A stretch of 64,000 bases of DNA from Callorhinchus milii (lineage: Eukaryota), in NCBI RefSeq assembly GCF_018977255.1, contig NW_024704742.1, positions 129,954,001 to 130,018,000 on the forward strand, in the 5' to 3' direction. Below are positions 1 to 12,635 of this stretch, piece after piece. Both the position numbers and the translations under genes were made by a program. Within the stretch, counting starts at the first letter, position 1; each line of letters begins with the position of its first letter. The notes beneath the pieces were generated by a model. That model was not told the origin of the DNA. It searched no databases and worked only from the letters and a program-made list of their open reading frames with translations.

Positions 1-123
1 CATGCAACTTCTCTCCCCCATCCACACCGTACCTGAGTCACAACCCAACAACACATGGGGAGGGAGGGGGGGGGAGAGGAAGAAATGGTCAAATTCAAAC
101 TGACAACAGTTGTAAATTGCAAA

Positions 124-200
124 AAAAGGGGTAAAATGCAATAAAAGGGGTAAAATGCAATAAAAGGGGGTAAAACGCCAAAATAAAAAGGTAAAACGCC
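124..200. repeat. Short minisatellite, about 4 degenerate copies of a ~19-bp unit (aaaaggggtaaaatgcaat)
   Basis: Directly visible tandem units. Confidence 0.7.
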
Positions 201-269
201 CCCCACACCCCCCCCCCCAAAAAAACTTTTTTAAAATTAAAAAAAAATCGAGTTTTGAGAGAGAGAAAG

Positions 270-925
270 GTGGGATGTGGGGGGTGGGGGGTAGGGGTGA
301 GGGGCGTGAGGGGGTGGTGGGGGGTGAGGGGGTAGTAGTGGGGGTGAGGGGGGTAGTAGTGGGGGGTGAGGGGGTAGGAGTGGGGGTGAGGGGTAGGAGT
401 GAGGGGGTAGGAGTGGGGGTGAGGGGGTAGGAGTGAGGGGGTAGGAGTGGGGGGTGAGGGGGTAGGAGTGAGGGGGGGTAGGGGTGGCGGGGTAGGACTG
501 GGGGTGAGGGGGGTAGGGGGGTGAGAGGGGACTGGGGGTGAGGGGGTAGGACTGGGGTGAGGGGATGGGGTGAGGGGGGTGTACGGGTGGCGGGGTAGGA
601 CTGGGGGTGAGGGGGGGGTGGTGGGGGGTGAGGGGGTAGGAGTGAGGGGGTGGGGGTGAGGGGGGTGTAGGGGTGGCGGGGTAGGACTGGGGGTGAGGGG
701 GGGTGGTGGGGGTGAGGGGGTAGGAGTGAGGGGGTGTAGGGTGGCGGGGTAGGACTGGGGGTGAGGGGGGGGTGGGGGTGAGGGGGAGGTGGGGGTGGGG
801 GGGGGGTGGGGGGGGTGTTGGTGAGAGGGGGTGGGGGTGAGGGGGTGGCGGGGTAGGACTGGGGTTGAGGGGGAGTAGGACTGGGGGTGAGGGGGGTGGG
901 TGGGGGTGAGAGGGTGGGGGGGGGT
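270..925 (+). repeat. G-rich low-complexity/minisatellite tract (ggggtaggagt / ggggtgag units), G-quadruplex-prone on + strand
   Basis: Dozens of G4-G8 runs separated by short tga/ta/ct spacers; lies in the intron just downstream of TPM2 exon 1b. Confidence 0.9.
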
Positions 926-966
926 GTTGGTTGTTATATTAAATGCAGATAAAACATGTCCCTCAC

Positions 967-1110
967 TCTCTCTCTCGCCTGTCGCTCCTCATCCAACTCC
1001 CTCTGCAGATGCTCGGCTTTCTCCTCGGCATCGTCCGCCTGCTGCTGCAGAGCCTGGATCTTCCTCTTCACCCCCTCGATCGAGGAGCCCGACACGTTTC
1101 TTTGTTCCAT
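967..1110 (-). CDS. TPM2: Tropomyosin beta, internal first exon 1b (short cytoskeletal isoform): [48 protein letters not shown]
   Basis: Manual translation matches the tropomyosin exon-1b pattern (VKRKIQ.LQQQAD.AE...LQRE...ER..RE); ATG in gaaATGG context with in-frame TAA upstream; donor AGA|GTGAGG phase 0; 144 nt. Confidence 0.93.
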
Positions 1111-2450
1111 TTCTTTTGGAGGGGTTTTTTTTTTGGCGTATGTTTATATATAATTTATCTACAATATTTTTTTAAAAAAAAAACAACACACACACACACA
1201 CACACACACACAAAGAGCCCCGGAGATCCGAAACCGCCTCCAGACGCCCGGCAGGAGGTTGAGTGGATGCGGCTGTGGGGTGCGGTGTGTGTGGGTGTGT
1301 GGGAGGGGTGGGGTGGGGTTGTGGGTGGGTGGGGGGGTGTGTGCAGTGTAGTGACTGGTTAACTGGATGCAATCGGTTGCAATAAAGCAGCAATAAAATG
1401 ATCCCCTGTGTGTGTCTCTCTCTCTCTCTGAGACACTGCGCACCTCTCTTAACCTCTCAGGTAATAGCTCTGCAACCACTCTCTCTCTCTCTCTCTCCTC
1501 TTCTTCTTCTCTCTCTCTCTCTCTCTGGTTCTGCCTCTCACTCCTGAATGGCTTAAATCGCCGGAAATTGCTACGCGATCTCAGAATAGGCGGAGATCTC
1601 AGGATGGATGGAGATGGATTGGATGGGAATAGATCTATGAATCCAGGAAGGCTTTTTTTTTGGGGGGGGGGTGTGATCTGACAGCCCTAAGACGCAGCCT
1701 GAGTTCTTTCCAACCATCCCCCCCATCTCCTCCCCACCCCCCATCTCCCCCCCTCCCTCCCCCATCTCCCCCCCCCACACACACACATTTTCCAAATATT
1801 TCCAGATGAATGGGAGGAAATGATGCCAGAAACACCCTTTCCTCCCCACGATCCCTGCTCCTCCCCTCTTTAAATAAATGATCTCATTTCAGGAGGTGTG
1901 TGTGTGTGTGTGTTGGGGGGTGGGGGGTGGGGGGGGAGGAGGAGGTGGTGGTGGTGGGTGGATGCAATGCTGCAAAGACCGGAGAGAGAACAAGATACGT
2001 AGGGAGGAGCGAACGTTCTCCTTCAAGGCTCTGCCCAGCAGCACGCACGGATTGCGCATAATTCCCTCACGTCGATTCTCCGCAGCGTGCGGCGCTGATT
2101 AGAGACTGGCGTTTGCCTGTTGTTGTGGAAGGTGAGTCAACAACAGGAAATAATGATAATAATAATAAATCATCTTTGCAATTCACACAGGGCCTTATCG
2201 CCGTGTCGAGACGGCTCGGAGCCACTTGGCACTGTAAAGCGGAGTGACCACATTTCGTGGGCGAAACGCGGCAGAGACAATTGGACGCAGTAAACACCCC
2301 ACAAACGGTCACGGATTGAGTGACACGATTTTATTTGGGGGATTGTCGGCCAGGACATCGAGAGGGATGAAGCTCCCGTCGTGTGGACATTAAACAGCGG
2401 CAGGATGGTTAACGTCTACCTGAACAGGCAGACGAAACCTCGGTTTAACG
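1111..2450 (-). promoter_or_regulatory. Putative internal promoter/5'UTR region of TPM2 exon 1b (CpG-enriched patches, CA/CT microsatellites)
   Basis: Immediately upstream of a first-type exon; visibly higher CpG content at about 1215-1290 and 1975-2450 than in the flanking intron. Confidence 0.55.
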
Positions 2451-2929
2451 TCTCATCCAAAACAAATATTAGAAGCCCACACTCTCCCCCCCCCCCCACC
2501 CCCACCCCCACCACCATCACACAAAAAATTCCACTGTGTTATTTTTGAAGTCTGCAATTTCCCAAATAAAAGAATTCCCATTGCATTACTGTAAATGGTT
2601 ATTCACTGCTGTGTTTTTGGATGAAATTCTTGTTGGGATTTTTTGGTCATGACGCAAGAGGAAGTGCATTGCTTTTGCTTAAGAATATTGAAACTAGATT
2701 GAGATCTCCCATTACCACCCACAATTGGAAATCAATTTCCCACGTCTGAAACTGAATGGTACCAGGAACTCATCAAGAGTTTATTGACGAGCAGCACAGC
2801 TCAGCATGAAATGTGCGAGAGCATTGCCACCATCCTGCCCACAGCTCAGATACGCATCCCTTCCCATTGAGTGTTGGTTCCATCCATCCTCACCAGACTC
2901 CACTGCTTCCCATTACACAGAGGATACAG

Positions 2930-3340
2930 TTGCTGATCTTGGTCCTCACCTCCATGGTCTTGCTCCCCCCTACCTCTGTGACTTCCAAACCCGCTACCAT
3001 CCTGCTCACTTCCTCCACTCAGCGGGCTCCGGCCTGCTTCATGTCTCTCGCCTCGCCCATCCCACTATTGGCGGGTGGGCCTTCTGCCACTCTGCCCCCA
3101 CCCTCTGGAACGCCATCCTGCAGTCCCTCCACCTCGTCCCCTCCCTTGCTACCTTCAAGACTCATCTCAAGACCCTCCTCTTCAGCTATGCTTTCGATCT
3201 CGCTGCTTGCCCCCCTGCCCTCCACCCTCCCCAACCCCAACCCCCAGCTCAGGTCTGAAACTCTGTCTGTCCAGTGCCTTGGGACATCCTCTTGACATTA
3301 AAGGTGTTTAATAAATGTAATTTTGTTGTTGTTGTTGCGG
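2930..3340 (+). mobile_element. L2-clade LINE 3' fragment
   Basis: Translates to LHGLAPPYL...GWAFCHSAPTLWN...FKTHLKTLLF (L2 ORF2 C-terminus) followed by a (ttg)n tail. Confidence 0.85.
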
Positions 3341-3438
3341 AGCTTGAGCAACATCTGCCTACCTCTCTGCAAACCAATTGAAGTGGATTCTGAGCCGTGG
3401 ATATATGAAGCTGTGTTCATGAACCCAAACCACAGGTA

Positions 3439-3855
3439 ACAGCCTGGCTCAATGGTAGCACTCTCATCTCTGAGTCTGCAGTTTGTGGGTTCAAGCCCCA
3501 CCTCAGGAGACTCAAACTTCATAATCTAAGATGACGCTCCAATGTAATGCTGATGGTGTGTTGCATTGTCAGAGGTGTCGTCTTTCAGATGAGATGTTAA
3601 ACTGAGGTCCTGACTGCCTGTTCAGATGGATGTAAAAGATTCCATGGCTCTATTCACAAAGAGAACGGAGTTGCTCTCTCCTGTTGTCCTGACCAACAAT
3701 CACCAAGATAATATTGGTCATTTGTTTCATAGCTGTTGGTGGGACTTTGCTGTGTGCAATTAGGCTGCCACATTTGCCAAGAAATACACAGTCACTCCCT
3801 TTCATGGTAAATTCTCTGAAGTACTTTGAGAGATCCTCCTGATGTGAAAAGCAAC
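3439..3855 (+). mobile_element. tRNA-derived DeuSINE-like (SacSINE1-type) SINE
   Basis: Head ggctcaatggtagcactctc...gggttcaagccccac; body gatgagatgttaaactgagg...aaagattccatggc; related copies elsewhere in the window; family name from recall. Confidence 0.7.
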
Positions 3856-4205
3856 AACAACAATAAAATTACATTTGTATAGCACCTTTCATGTTGGGAG
3901 GACATCCCAAGGCGCTGGATAGTCAGAGTTACGGACCTCAGCTGAGGTTGGGTTGGGGGAGGGTGAGGGCGGGGGGAAGCAGGAGATCAAAAGCACGGTC
4001 AAAGAGGAGGGTCTTGAGATGGGTATTGAAGGTGGCGAGGGAGGGGGCGAGACAGAGGGACTGCGGGTTGGAGTTCCAGAGGGTGGGTGCAGAATGGCGG
4101 AATGCCCACCTGTCCATAGTGGGGCGAGCAAGGCGGGGGACGTGAAGCAGACCGGTGCCCGCTGAGCGGAGGAGCGAACAGAGTGGTAGGGGGTTAGGAG
4201 GTATA
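3853..4205 (-). mobile_element. L2 LINE 3' fragment
   Basis: RWAFRHSAPTLWNS...FNTHLKTLLF; caa-repeat tail on + strand. Confidence 0.85.
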
Positions 4206-4469
4206 AAAGCACTATACCAAACACAAGAATTATCATTATAACACCTTAGACCAAATGTCACCCCAAGCCTCAGAGTTTCCTAAACTATCTGATGGACATC
4301 TGCCTTCAGCGTGGTGGGAGAACCTATACATGAAAGTGTTTTTGAGCTCCAAGTTCAATTCTGGGCACCAGGCTTACCCTACACCAACTGCTTAATCCAG
4401 CACCTCACATGAGAAGCCTTGACAAAGAAAGGTGCCCAGCCTATTTCAACTTGTTCGCTACCTCCACTC

Positions 4470-4745
4470 AGCAGGCTATGGCCTGCCCCACCATCGGAGG
4501 TTGGGCCTTCAGCCTGTCTGCCCCCATCCTTTGGAACTCCATCCCATATTCCCTTTGCCTCCCTCCCTCCCTTGCCTCCTTCAAGGCGCGTCTCAAAATC
4601 CTCCTCTTTGACCGCGACTTCGGGCACCCTCTTATCCCTCCTATCCTCCCCCCCTCTGATCGGGTCCAAATCCCTGACTGTCCAGTGCCTTGGGACATCT
4701 TTCTCATGTGAAAGGCACAATACAAATGTAATTTGTTGTTTAATT
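4470..4745 (+). mobile_element. L2 LINE 3' fragment
   Basis: GGWAFSLSAPILWNSIP...FKARLKILLF and conserved tail. Confidence 0.8.
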
Positions 4746-6689
4746 TGTTGCTGATTGGAGAACGCAGGCAGGGTTTGTATGGTTTGAAAATGTCACAGAC
4801 ATAGGGTGGGGCAAGATCTTTGATTTAAACATTAGGATGAGGATCTTGAATTCAATCTTTTAATCAAAATATTTTAATCCTAATTCACCATCCTTTCATC
4901 CCTTAATACCTCCACTACACAAGTATCCATCTATCTCTCCTTTAAATATTCCCATTAATTATGCCTCTACAGTTTTCTAAGGCCACTGAAATCAATGCAA
5001 TTCCTCAGTAGTTCTCAGTCTCACTGGGGTCACCCTTATGAATAGATACTACGATTGCACTCTGGAACACTGACAGTGTGTGTGTTCCTCACACAAGATT
5101 CAATTGACTAGTCTTAGAAGACTCCAGGGCAGGTTGATGGTTCCTGTCATTGATACGTGAGATTCTCACCATCCTCCAATCCCTCACTCAGAGCCGCTCT
5201 TTGTAAGTGCATTAAAACCATCCACACCTGCTATCTTACCATTAGCAATGCAGTGCAGAATCCATTTCCTCCCTGACAGACAGTCATTTAAGGCCTTCAA
5301 TCTGCTCAACATCTTCCGCCAGCTCTTTCATCCTCTATATAGGTGGATCTTACGTATACATGGCCTGTTGGCGTTCAACTCTGCCTAATGCTCCCTCCAG
5401 TCCCCAAGAGTGTAGAGCGATTAAGCCCACAATCCCGGAATGAATAAAGTCTGAATTTATTAAAATAATTTTTTAATAAATTTTAATCAAATCTGAATCT
5501 CTGTTTACCTAGCAGTAAGTAGGAGCCCGGTTGTTAGTAAATTGGCAGATCACTTTTCGGTGGTAATAATCTCTCAAACAAAATGTGGTCACTCAATCTA
5601 CGATTGTTTGTTGGACACTGACTATGCTGTGCGTAAATGGCTGATGTATTTCGCCCACAAAATACACAGTCAATCTATTTTACAATATATTCTGTAAAGA
5701 GCTTTGAGACATCTCCATGCTGATATTTATACTCTGCCTGTATATAATTCTCCACCTCTTCTAATCCCTCCTCCCTTGCTCCCCCCAGATCCTTCATTTC
5801 CCTTTTCTCTCATGTATGCATCAAAAGAGAGAAAAGCATCTTTTTTTTCCCTTGCCCAATCTCAGCTCACTAAACAACATCAGAACAACAGGGAAAATAT
5901 CCGGATCAAAGTTGCCTTATATTTAGCCTCTCTTACTATTATCCTGGAATCAATCAATCGGGGATGGTGGTGGGTGGGGGGAGGGAGGGGAGATGCACAT
6001 GCTTTCAGCACATGACCTTATCAAACTCTTTGCAAGTTAGTGACAGGCTCCAACACTGAGACATAAAAGCATCATTTTTGTTACTTGTTTATGGGAAATT
6101 AGAAACAATTAAATGAAAGATGACTTTGTTTCACAAACAACGACTGGCAATAAAATACTCAGTTGCTACACTTCACAGTAAATCCTGTAAAACCCTTTGA
6201 GACATCTACCTGATGTGAAAGGTGCTACATCAAATGGAAGGATTATTATTAATTGAAAATTGTTTGTTACACTTGTGCAACATAGTAAATCAGTAAATCC
6301 TGAAAAGCACTTTGAGCTGTCTTGATGATGTGATGAGGTGCTTTATCAAATACAAAGATCACTATTATTACACTGAATGTTACTGAACTGCATGCTTATT
6401 TCAATTACATCTTATGGTGTGAAAGTAGTGACCCACACAACATCTGGATCTTCTCCTAGCACAAAAGGCTTTCAAGGATGTCGTGGAAGCATTTCCTCTT
6501 TTAATGCAGAGGGTCCTTCTCCCACCAAAAAAAGTATGTGCTGTGATCGGAAGTAGAAACATTTTGCCCCAGGATTCATTTCCATACATTGGATTTTGCA
6601 ACTTCAAAAACACAGTATTTAATTATTTTTTGCCAATTTCCTCTTAATACCTTACCAAACTGTCCGCTCCCACCATTCGATGGGCACTG

Positions 6690-6925
6690 GCCCGTTCCAT
6701 GTCCCCCACCTATTGGAAGATGGGCCTTCAGCTTTTCTGTCCCCACCCTCTGGAACTCCATCCCCAAATCCCTCTGACTTGCCCACTCCATCACCTCCTT
6801 CAAGGCTCGTCTCAAGACCTTCCTCTTTGACCATGCCTTTGGCCATACTCTTAACTGTCCAGGATCTTGGGATGTGTTTCTGACGTGAAAGGTGCTATAC
6901 AAATGTTGTTATTATTTTATTATCA
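6690..6925 (+). mobile_element. L2 LINE 3' fragment
   Basis: GRWAFSFSVPTLWNSIP and conserved tail. Confidence 0.8.
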
Positions 6926-9900
6926 TCAGGATCAGAAACCCTGACTGTTTTTTTTCCCCTGGTTGGGGCGGGGGGAGGAGTGTATTTGAGAGAAGCTGAG
7001 GTGAATTGCAATAACTGCTAACACTGCCCTGGGGGCAAGGTCCTTTGATGAGGATTCACCATCTGGTCTGTGTTACGAGCAGGTGGTGCTTTCCTTTATC
7101 CCCAGGTTATCGGGGAGCATTGTATGCATTCTCAATGAGACACCTAGACAGCCCCAAAAAAGGAAGAAAATCCACAAACCACAGGCTTCATTACATTGCT
7201 TCATCGCTTCACACATCCATGTTGGTTTATAGCTTCACAAACCACAGTGGATTGTTTTTCAATTGAGTCATTTGAAGGCAAATACTTATTGGGTGCGTCA
7301 GTAGGCACCTTGAACTGAGAGACTATTCAGTTCCTATCCATACTCAGAGCTCCAAAAGGCGCTCCTGCGTGAAGGGCATTATATAATTGCAACTTGTTGA
7401 TGTTGTCCTTTGTGATCTATTAGCAGAGAGAAGGTGCTCAATAGTAACTAGCGGGGGGGGGGGGGGGGGGGGGGGGTGAGACTGAATTCTCCTCATTCAT
7501 CCTGATTGTGGAGTGTATGTGTGTCTCTATCTGTTTGTGTGTGTGTGTCCTTGCTTTGGATCCAACTCCCGTTGACTTTACTTCATGTCCCAACATCCCA
7601 TTAGCCAAAACAGGATAAAAGTTGGATGTGGGAGGTGGCGGTGCCCTCTCCAGCTCTAGCCACCCACCGCCTATGTCTGAAGTCAGGACATAATGAAGCC
7701 AATTGTAATCCTGCCCTGCCTGAGATCAGTAAATCCTGAACATTGGGTTGAAAAAGCCAATGGGCTGAAAAACTGACAGTGTAAATGATGCCTCACAATT
7801 TGCAGGAGATGATTTTTATTTACTGAGATGCTTTAACAGTGCAATTTCCAGTCTATTTCAAACCCCAGTCGATGAGCTTATCCAAAGATCATTTATTCCT
7901 AATGCTGCTTTGAATTATGTCAGGGCGTTGTCAGCCCAAGGTCAGGTGGCCAAGCTTGCAGGTACTTGCGCGCCTGGGAACTGGAATGTTGAAGTTCTGT
8001 GCTGTTTATCCAACAGGAGAGACACGCATTAAGGGAACCGGCTGCGACTGTGAACTAGAAACAGTAACAACATCAAAGATCACAGCGATCTGACCAATAG
8101 GAACACATTTTGTCAGGGTTCCTGTTCTTCATTGCCGTCCATCGACCCCTGCTGAAACATACTTCATGGTAATTGCCGTCAAATGCGGTGACTGTGCATT
8201 TGTAAGCAAACATAGCAGCTATGTGCCACACAGGTGAAGTTTGCTGACTTGAACCCCAGGAGAAATTTTCTTCTCATTTTCTCTCATATCGTAGGATCTT
8301 TAACGTCCACCTGAACAGGCAGATATCTTAATCTTCAATTTTTCTGTCCCTTTTCCTGATGGCACTGACTCATACGCAGTTGGGACGGGAAGGAGGGTAG
8401 GATTGGACTGCAATTGACTTTAATATTCCTGAGCTAGCAGACTGATAATCTTTCCCTGGTCGCTTTACAAAGAGCTCATTGTTTATGCCTGTGTAAGTAC
8501 TATATAATAATAATAATCCTTGCATACCTTTCACACAGGGAGGACGTCACAAAGTGCTACACAGGATATACGGGATATTTAAAGTAAAGTGACTCTATTT
8601 GTAGGCAGGTATTTGGTCTAATTGTTATCATTATTGAACTGTTTGCTAAGAAATACAGCAAAATGAAGGATACGCCTTACTTCAGATCCACTTTGCCCTG
8701 CACAGGTGAGTCTAGGGAAGGCTATAATTCACTTTGGGTTAATGTTTAGTTTTGTGCAGGTGAGGCTGTCTTATCAGGTTTCAACTGAGCTTAAAGAACA
8801 CTAAAATGAGGCACAGTGATGTAGATTGCAATTAGTTTTTTATATCACACTGTGGCAATTTGTGTAGAAAAGTCCGTCAGTAAATGAAAGCGCATTTTAA
8901 GAGGAAATTATTTACATTTACAGCCTATGACTCATTGAATTGCATTGTGTTGAAGGTCATTGCTTCAGGACCTGTAATAAATTTCCTTCTTCAATTATTA
9001 ATCTCCAAAGTGGATTAGTCATTCAAAATCATTTTCTTTTACTAGACCATGAGTCATAATAATAATCCTTGTATTTGATATAGTGCTTTATCACAGCTCA
9101 AATTGCTTCACAGAATATACTGCAAAGTGAATTGACTGTATATTTTGTAGATGAAACACGGTTGCCAATTGCGCACAGCAAGGTCCTGCAAGCAGTCCTG
9201 GATTGAGTGATCAAATTATTATTATTATTGTTGAAGCAATTATTATCCCCGGAAAGCGATCTGCCAAATCACTAACAGCATGGTTCCTCCCTCCCTTCTT
9301 TCAAGGTGCACCTCAAAACGTACCTCTGTCCTTTGACCAAGATTCTACTCATCTTTCCCCTTATCACTCCCCTCAATCACACCCTCAACTCCGGTTCCCA
9401 GACAGACTTGTCATATACAGGGTGTCCACAACGTCCTCTTATCCCCCCACCCGCCCCCCGTGTTACATTACAGCGATATGAAATTACGGACGATCTGAAA
9501 CAAGCTGCCAGAGATGCATTTCATCTCCTCACTCCATCCATGTTAGGGAAGATGTCGCACTGAACATAATGATGGATCATTATCTGCTACGAAAATGATG
9601 GGGCTCACACAGATCCTTTGGACATCTAAATACAGATCAACACTTGTACTGATTAGAATGAAGAACTTCTAAATATAATTCTCATCATTCTTCCACATGT
9701 TTCAGTTGTTGGTCAGTGCATTGTGTAAAAATAATGGGTGTATCAGGACTTTGTGGACTCCCTGTACTTTGGGACATCCTCCTGATGTGGAAGGCGGTGT
9801 AAGTTGTTTTGTATCAAATTGCTGGTGATTTGGTGTCGCCAAAAGATACTGGGAATACTCCTGAGTGAAAAAAAAATTAACAAAATGTAGCATTTCCTTC

Positions 9901-10554
9901 TGGAAGTCCTTACTGTGCTGGAGAGATTTATAGATGTGTGGGAGAGAGATTGAATCACAAGTCCCTGTCTATAAAATGTGTTGCTTGTAAGATAAAGTGC
10001 TTGAGAATAGACATCACATTCCTGTGCATGCTCAGATCACATAATCTGAACACGCCTTAGCCTTCAGAAAGGATGAAGTCTTACTGCACATTTTGGCAGC
10101 AGCACAGAGTAACCACACAAGCAAAACCTGGGCTAATATCAAGCGACAATAATCCCTGAACACACACATCTCACTGGTGCCTATTTTCTTACGTATAAGC
10201 AACAAGATAAACAACAAATGCAAATACACACTTGGTAATAACCTACCATCATAGGGCAAGTTATAATAATTCCTGAATTTGATATAGTGTCTTATCATAT
10301 TTCGAGACATCTCAAAGCGCTTCACATAACATACTGTAAAGTTATGGGCGAAAGTTATGGCTCCACCTTTGGGCCAAGTGGTACAGCCAGTGCTCTGTCT
10401 GGAACTGAACCATACAGACCATGAAGGTTTCCTGGTCTGAGTTGGTTGATCTCAGTTGGGCGATTGACAATTGGATCCAGCAATCTTGGGTTAAGGGTTT
10501 ATGCTCTGGATTATTAATCAATGACTAATGATGGACAGTCAGTGTGTTGGTGTA

Positions 10555-11005
10555 AGGGGTAATAATAATAGTAATCCTTGCATTTGAGACACCTTAAAAT
10601 GCTTCCCAGGATATACTGTAAAGTGGATTGACTGTATTTTGTGGATGAGATGTGGCAGCCAATTATGCACAGCAATGTCCCACAAACAGCCACGGAGTGA
10701 GTGACCAATTTTATTTTAAGACATTATTGGCAGAAAACTAGGAAAAACTCCCTTCCGCAGATCTCAAATAGTGCCATGGATTCTTTAACATCCTCCAGAC
10801 AGACCGATGGGACTTCGGTTTAACGTCTCATCTGAAGTACGCAACTCCAACAATGCAACATTATTATATTATTATTATAATATACCCTTATACTCTCTGC
10901 ATTGCAATGTCACCTTAGATTATATGATTCCACATCCAGATGTGGGGCTTGAACCCACAATCTTCTAATTCAGAGATGAGAGCGCTACCACTGCCCTAGG
11001 CTGAT
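10555..11005 (-). mobile_element. DeuSINE-like SINE
   Basis: Reverse complement of the 3439-3855 element (gtggggcttgaacccaca...gatgagagcgctacca; ggtttaacgtctcatc). Confidence 0.7.
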
Positions 11006-11114
11006 ATAAGTGCGGGGAAGAGTAGGTACGGGGTTGGTGAGATCAGGAAGGCAAACTGCCTCTGGAAGTTCCTAGTTTACATGTAGGTTTTGGGCATTTG
11101 GCAGTGATACTGGA

Positions 11115-11755
11115 GGATGACCTGCTTCACGTCCCCCACTCGCCTGCCCCACTATTGGCGGGCAGGCCTTCTGCCATTCTGCTCTCACTCTCTGGAACTC
11201 CATTTCCGCTTCACCCCTTCCCTTGCCTCCTTCAAGACGCATCTTAAGACCCTCCTCTTCGACAGTGCTTCCGATCACCCTCCCCAATCCTGACCTCCAG
11301 CTCGGGTCCGAAACATTGACTGTCCAGCGTCTTAAGACGTCCTCCTGACATGAATGACACTATATAAATGTAATTTTCATGTTGTTGTTGTGACACAACA
11401 GCAACAACAACAGCAACAAATTACATTAATATAGCGCGGTAGAAGAGAAAGATCTTGAAATGGGCCTTGAAGGAAACAAGGGAGGTGACAAGATGGAGGG
11501 GCTCTGGGATGGAGTTCCAGGGAGTGGGAGCAGAAAGACTAAATGCCCGACCACCAATGGTGGTCAGGGGACGTGGAGCAGGCCAGTACCTGGTGAGCAG
11601 AGGGAACGGACAGGTTGGTAGGAGGTCTAGGAGTAGGAGTTTTAGGAGGTCACAGAGGTTCGGGTCATGACCCAACTGTGCAGCGCCTTGGGACGTCCTC
11701 CTGACATGAAAGGCGCTCTATAAATGGAATCTTGTTGTTGTTGTTGTTGTTGTAG
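11115..11755. mobile_element. Cluster of three L2 3' fragments in mixed orientation
   Basis: Repeated GGRAFS.SAP..WNS motif and (ttg)/(caa) tails. Confidence 0.75.
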
Positions 11756-12189
11756 GGCAGTGCAAGACTGTGGAAGGCTTTAAAAGTGAGGAAAGGATTT
11801 GAAACTTGATCCTCTAGGGGATGAGGAGCCACTGAAGCCGGGCGAAGATGGGGTGTATATGCTCACAGAGTTTAGTGCTCCCACACGTGTTCCCTGGGAA
11901 GAGCCTAGGGCCACAAAACGCATTCTCACAGCTAGGTATGTTCTTCATCGACGCACAAGCCTAGAGATCTACTGCTAAGACTTGTCTTTTTTTTTAGTTT
12001 AACAAAGTCTTAGGGAGCCTCGACTGGAAGCCAATGGCATGAGCAAGGTCCAAAATACACACTGGCAGACATTTCACTCATCTGTTACCCACCAAAAAGC
12101 TCGCAGGGAGTTCCTGATATCCATCTAGTGAGGGCTCAAACCCAGGCTTGTTCGATGTCAAATGACCCACTAGTGACTATCCTCCTTGA

Positions 12190-12635
12190 GGGGGAGGGAT
12201 GGTAAACGGGGTCTCCTCGGAGCGGAACTGGCACCAAGGTGACCTGTTTGGCAATGGAATGTCAGAATCGAGCCAGCCCTCTGTGGTGATCTCGGTAGTC
12301 CAGTTCCTGAGCCAGGATTCAAAGTCACTGCTGATAACAGCACAGCCAGGCTGGGTCATCGACAGCAGCTGGCAAGGCAGACCAGTCACTGGGGCAAGAA
12401 ATCCTCCCAATCAGCTCCTATTTTTCCCGCAAACAAAAGTTCTAACCAGCTAGTGTGGACCTAGCTGTCCAAGCAGCAGGAAAGCTTGCCAGAGAGTGCT
12501 CTCAATGGCAAGCTATGTGGTTTTAGCTGGTTAGACTCCAGCAGTACCCCAGTCACACTCTGGGGTCGCCGAGCCTTGGCTCTTGCCAACCTGCACCTAA
12601 TACCTGCTGGAATTAGGTAAGCAGGATGCTTGCCA
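12190..12635. repeat. Unclassified dispersed repeat; other copies at about 34375-34725 and 19630-19750, inverted copies at about 20255-20460 and 39075-39275
   Basis: Shared blocks such as ggggtctcct.ggagc, cagttcctgagccagg, tttagctggtta, cttgccaacctg..cctaatac. Confidence 0.7.

Noticed and set aside
900..1849. + and - strand ORFs of 65-139 aa
   Set aside because: Antisense shadow of exon 1b or translations of microsatellite/low-complexity DNA
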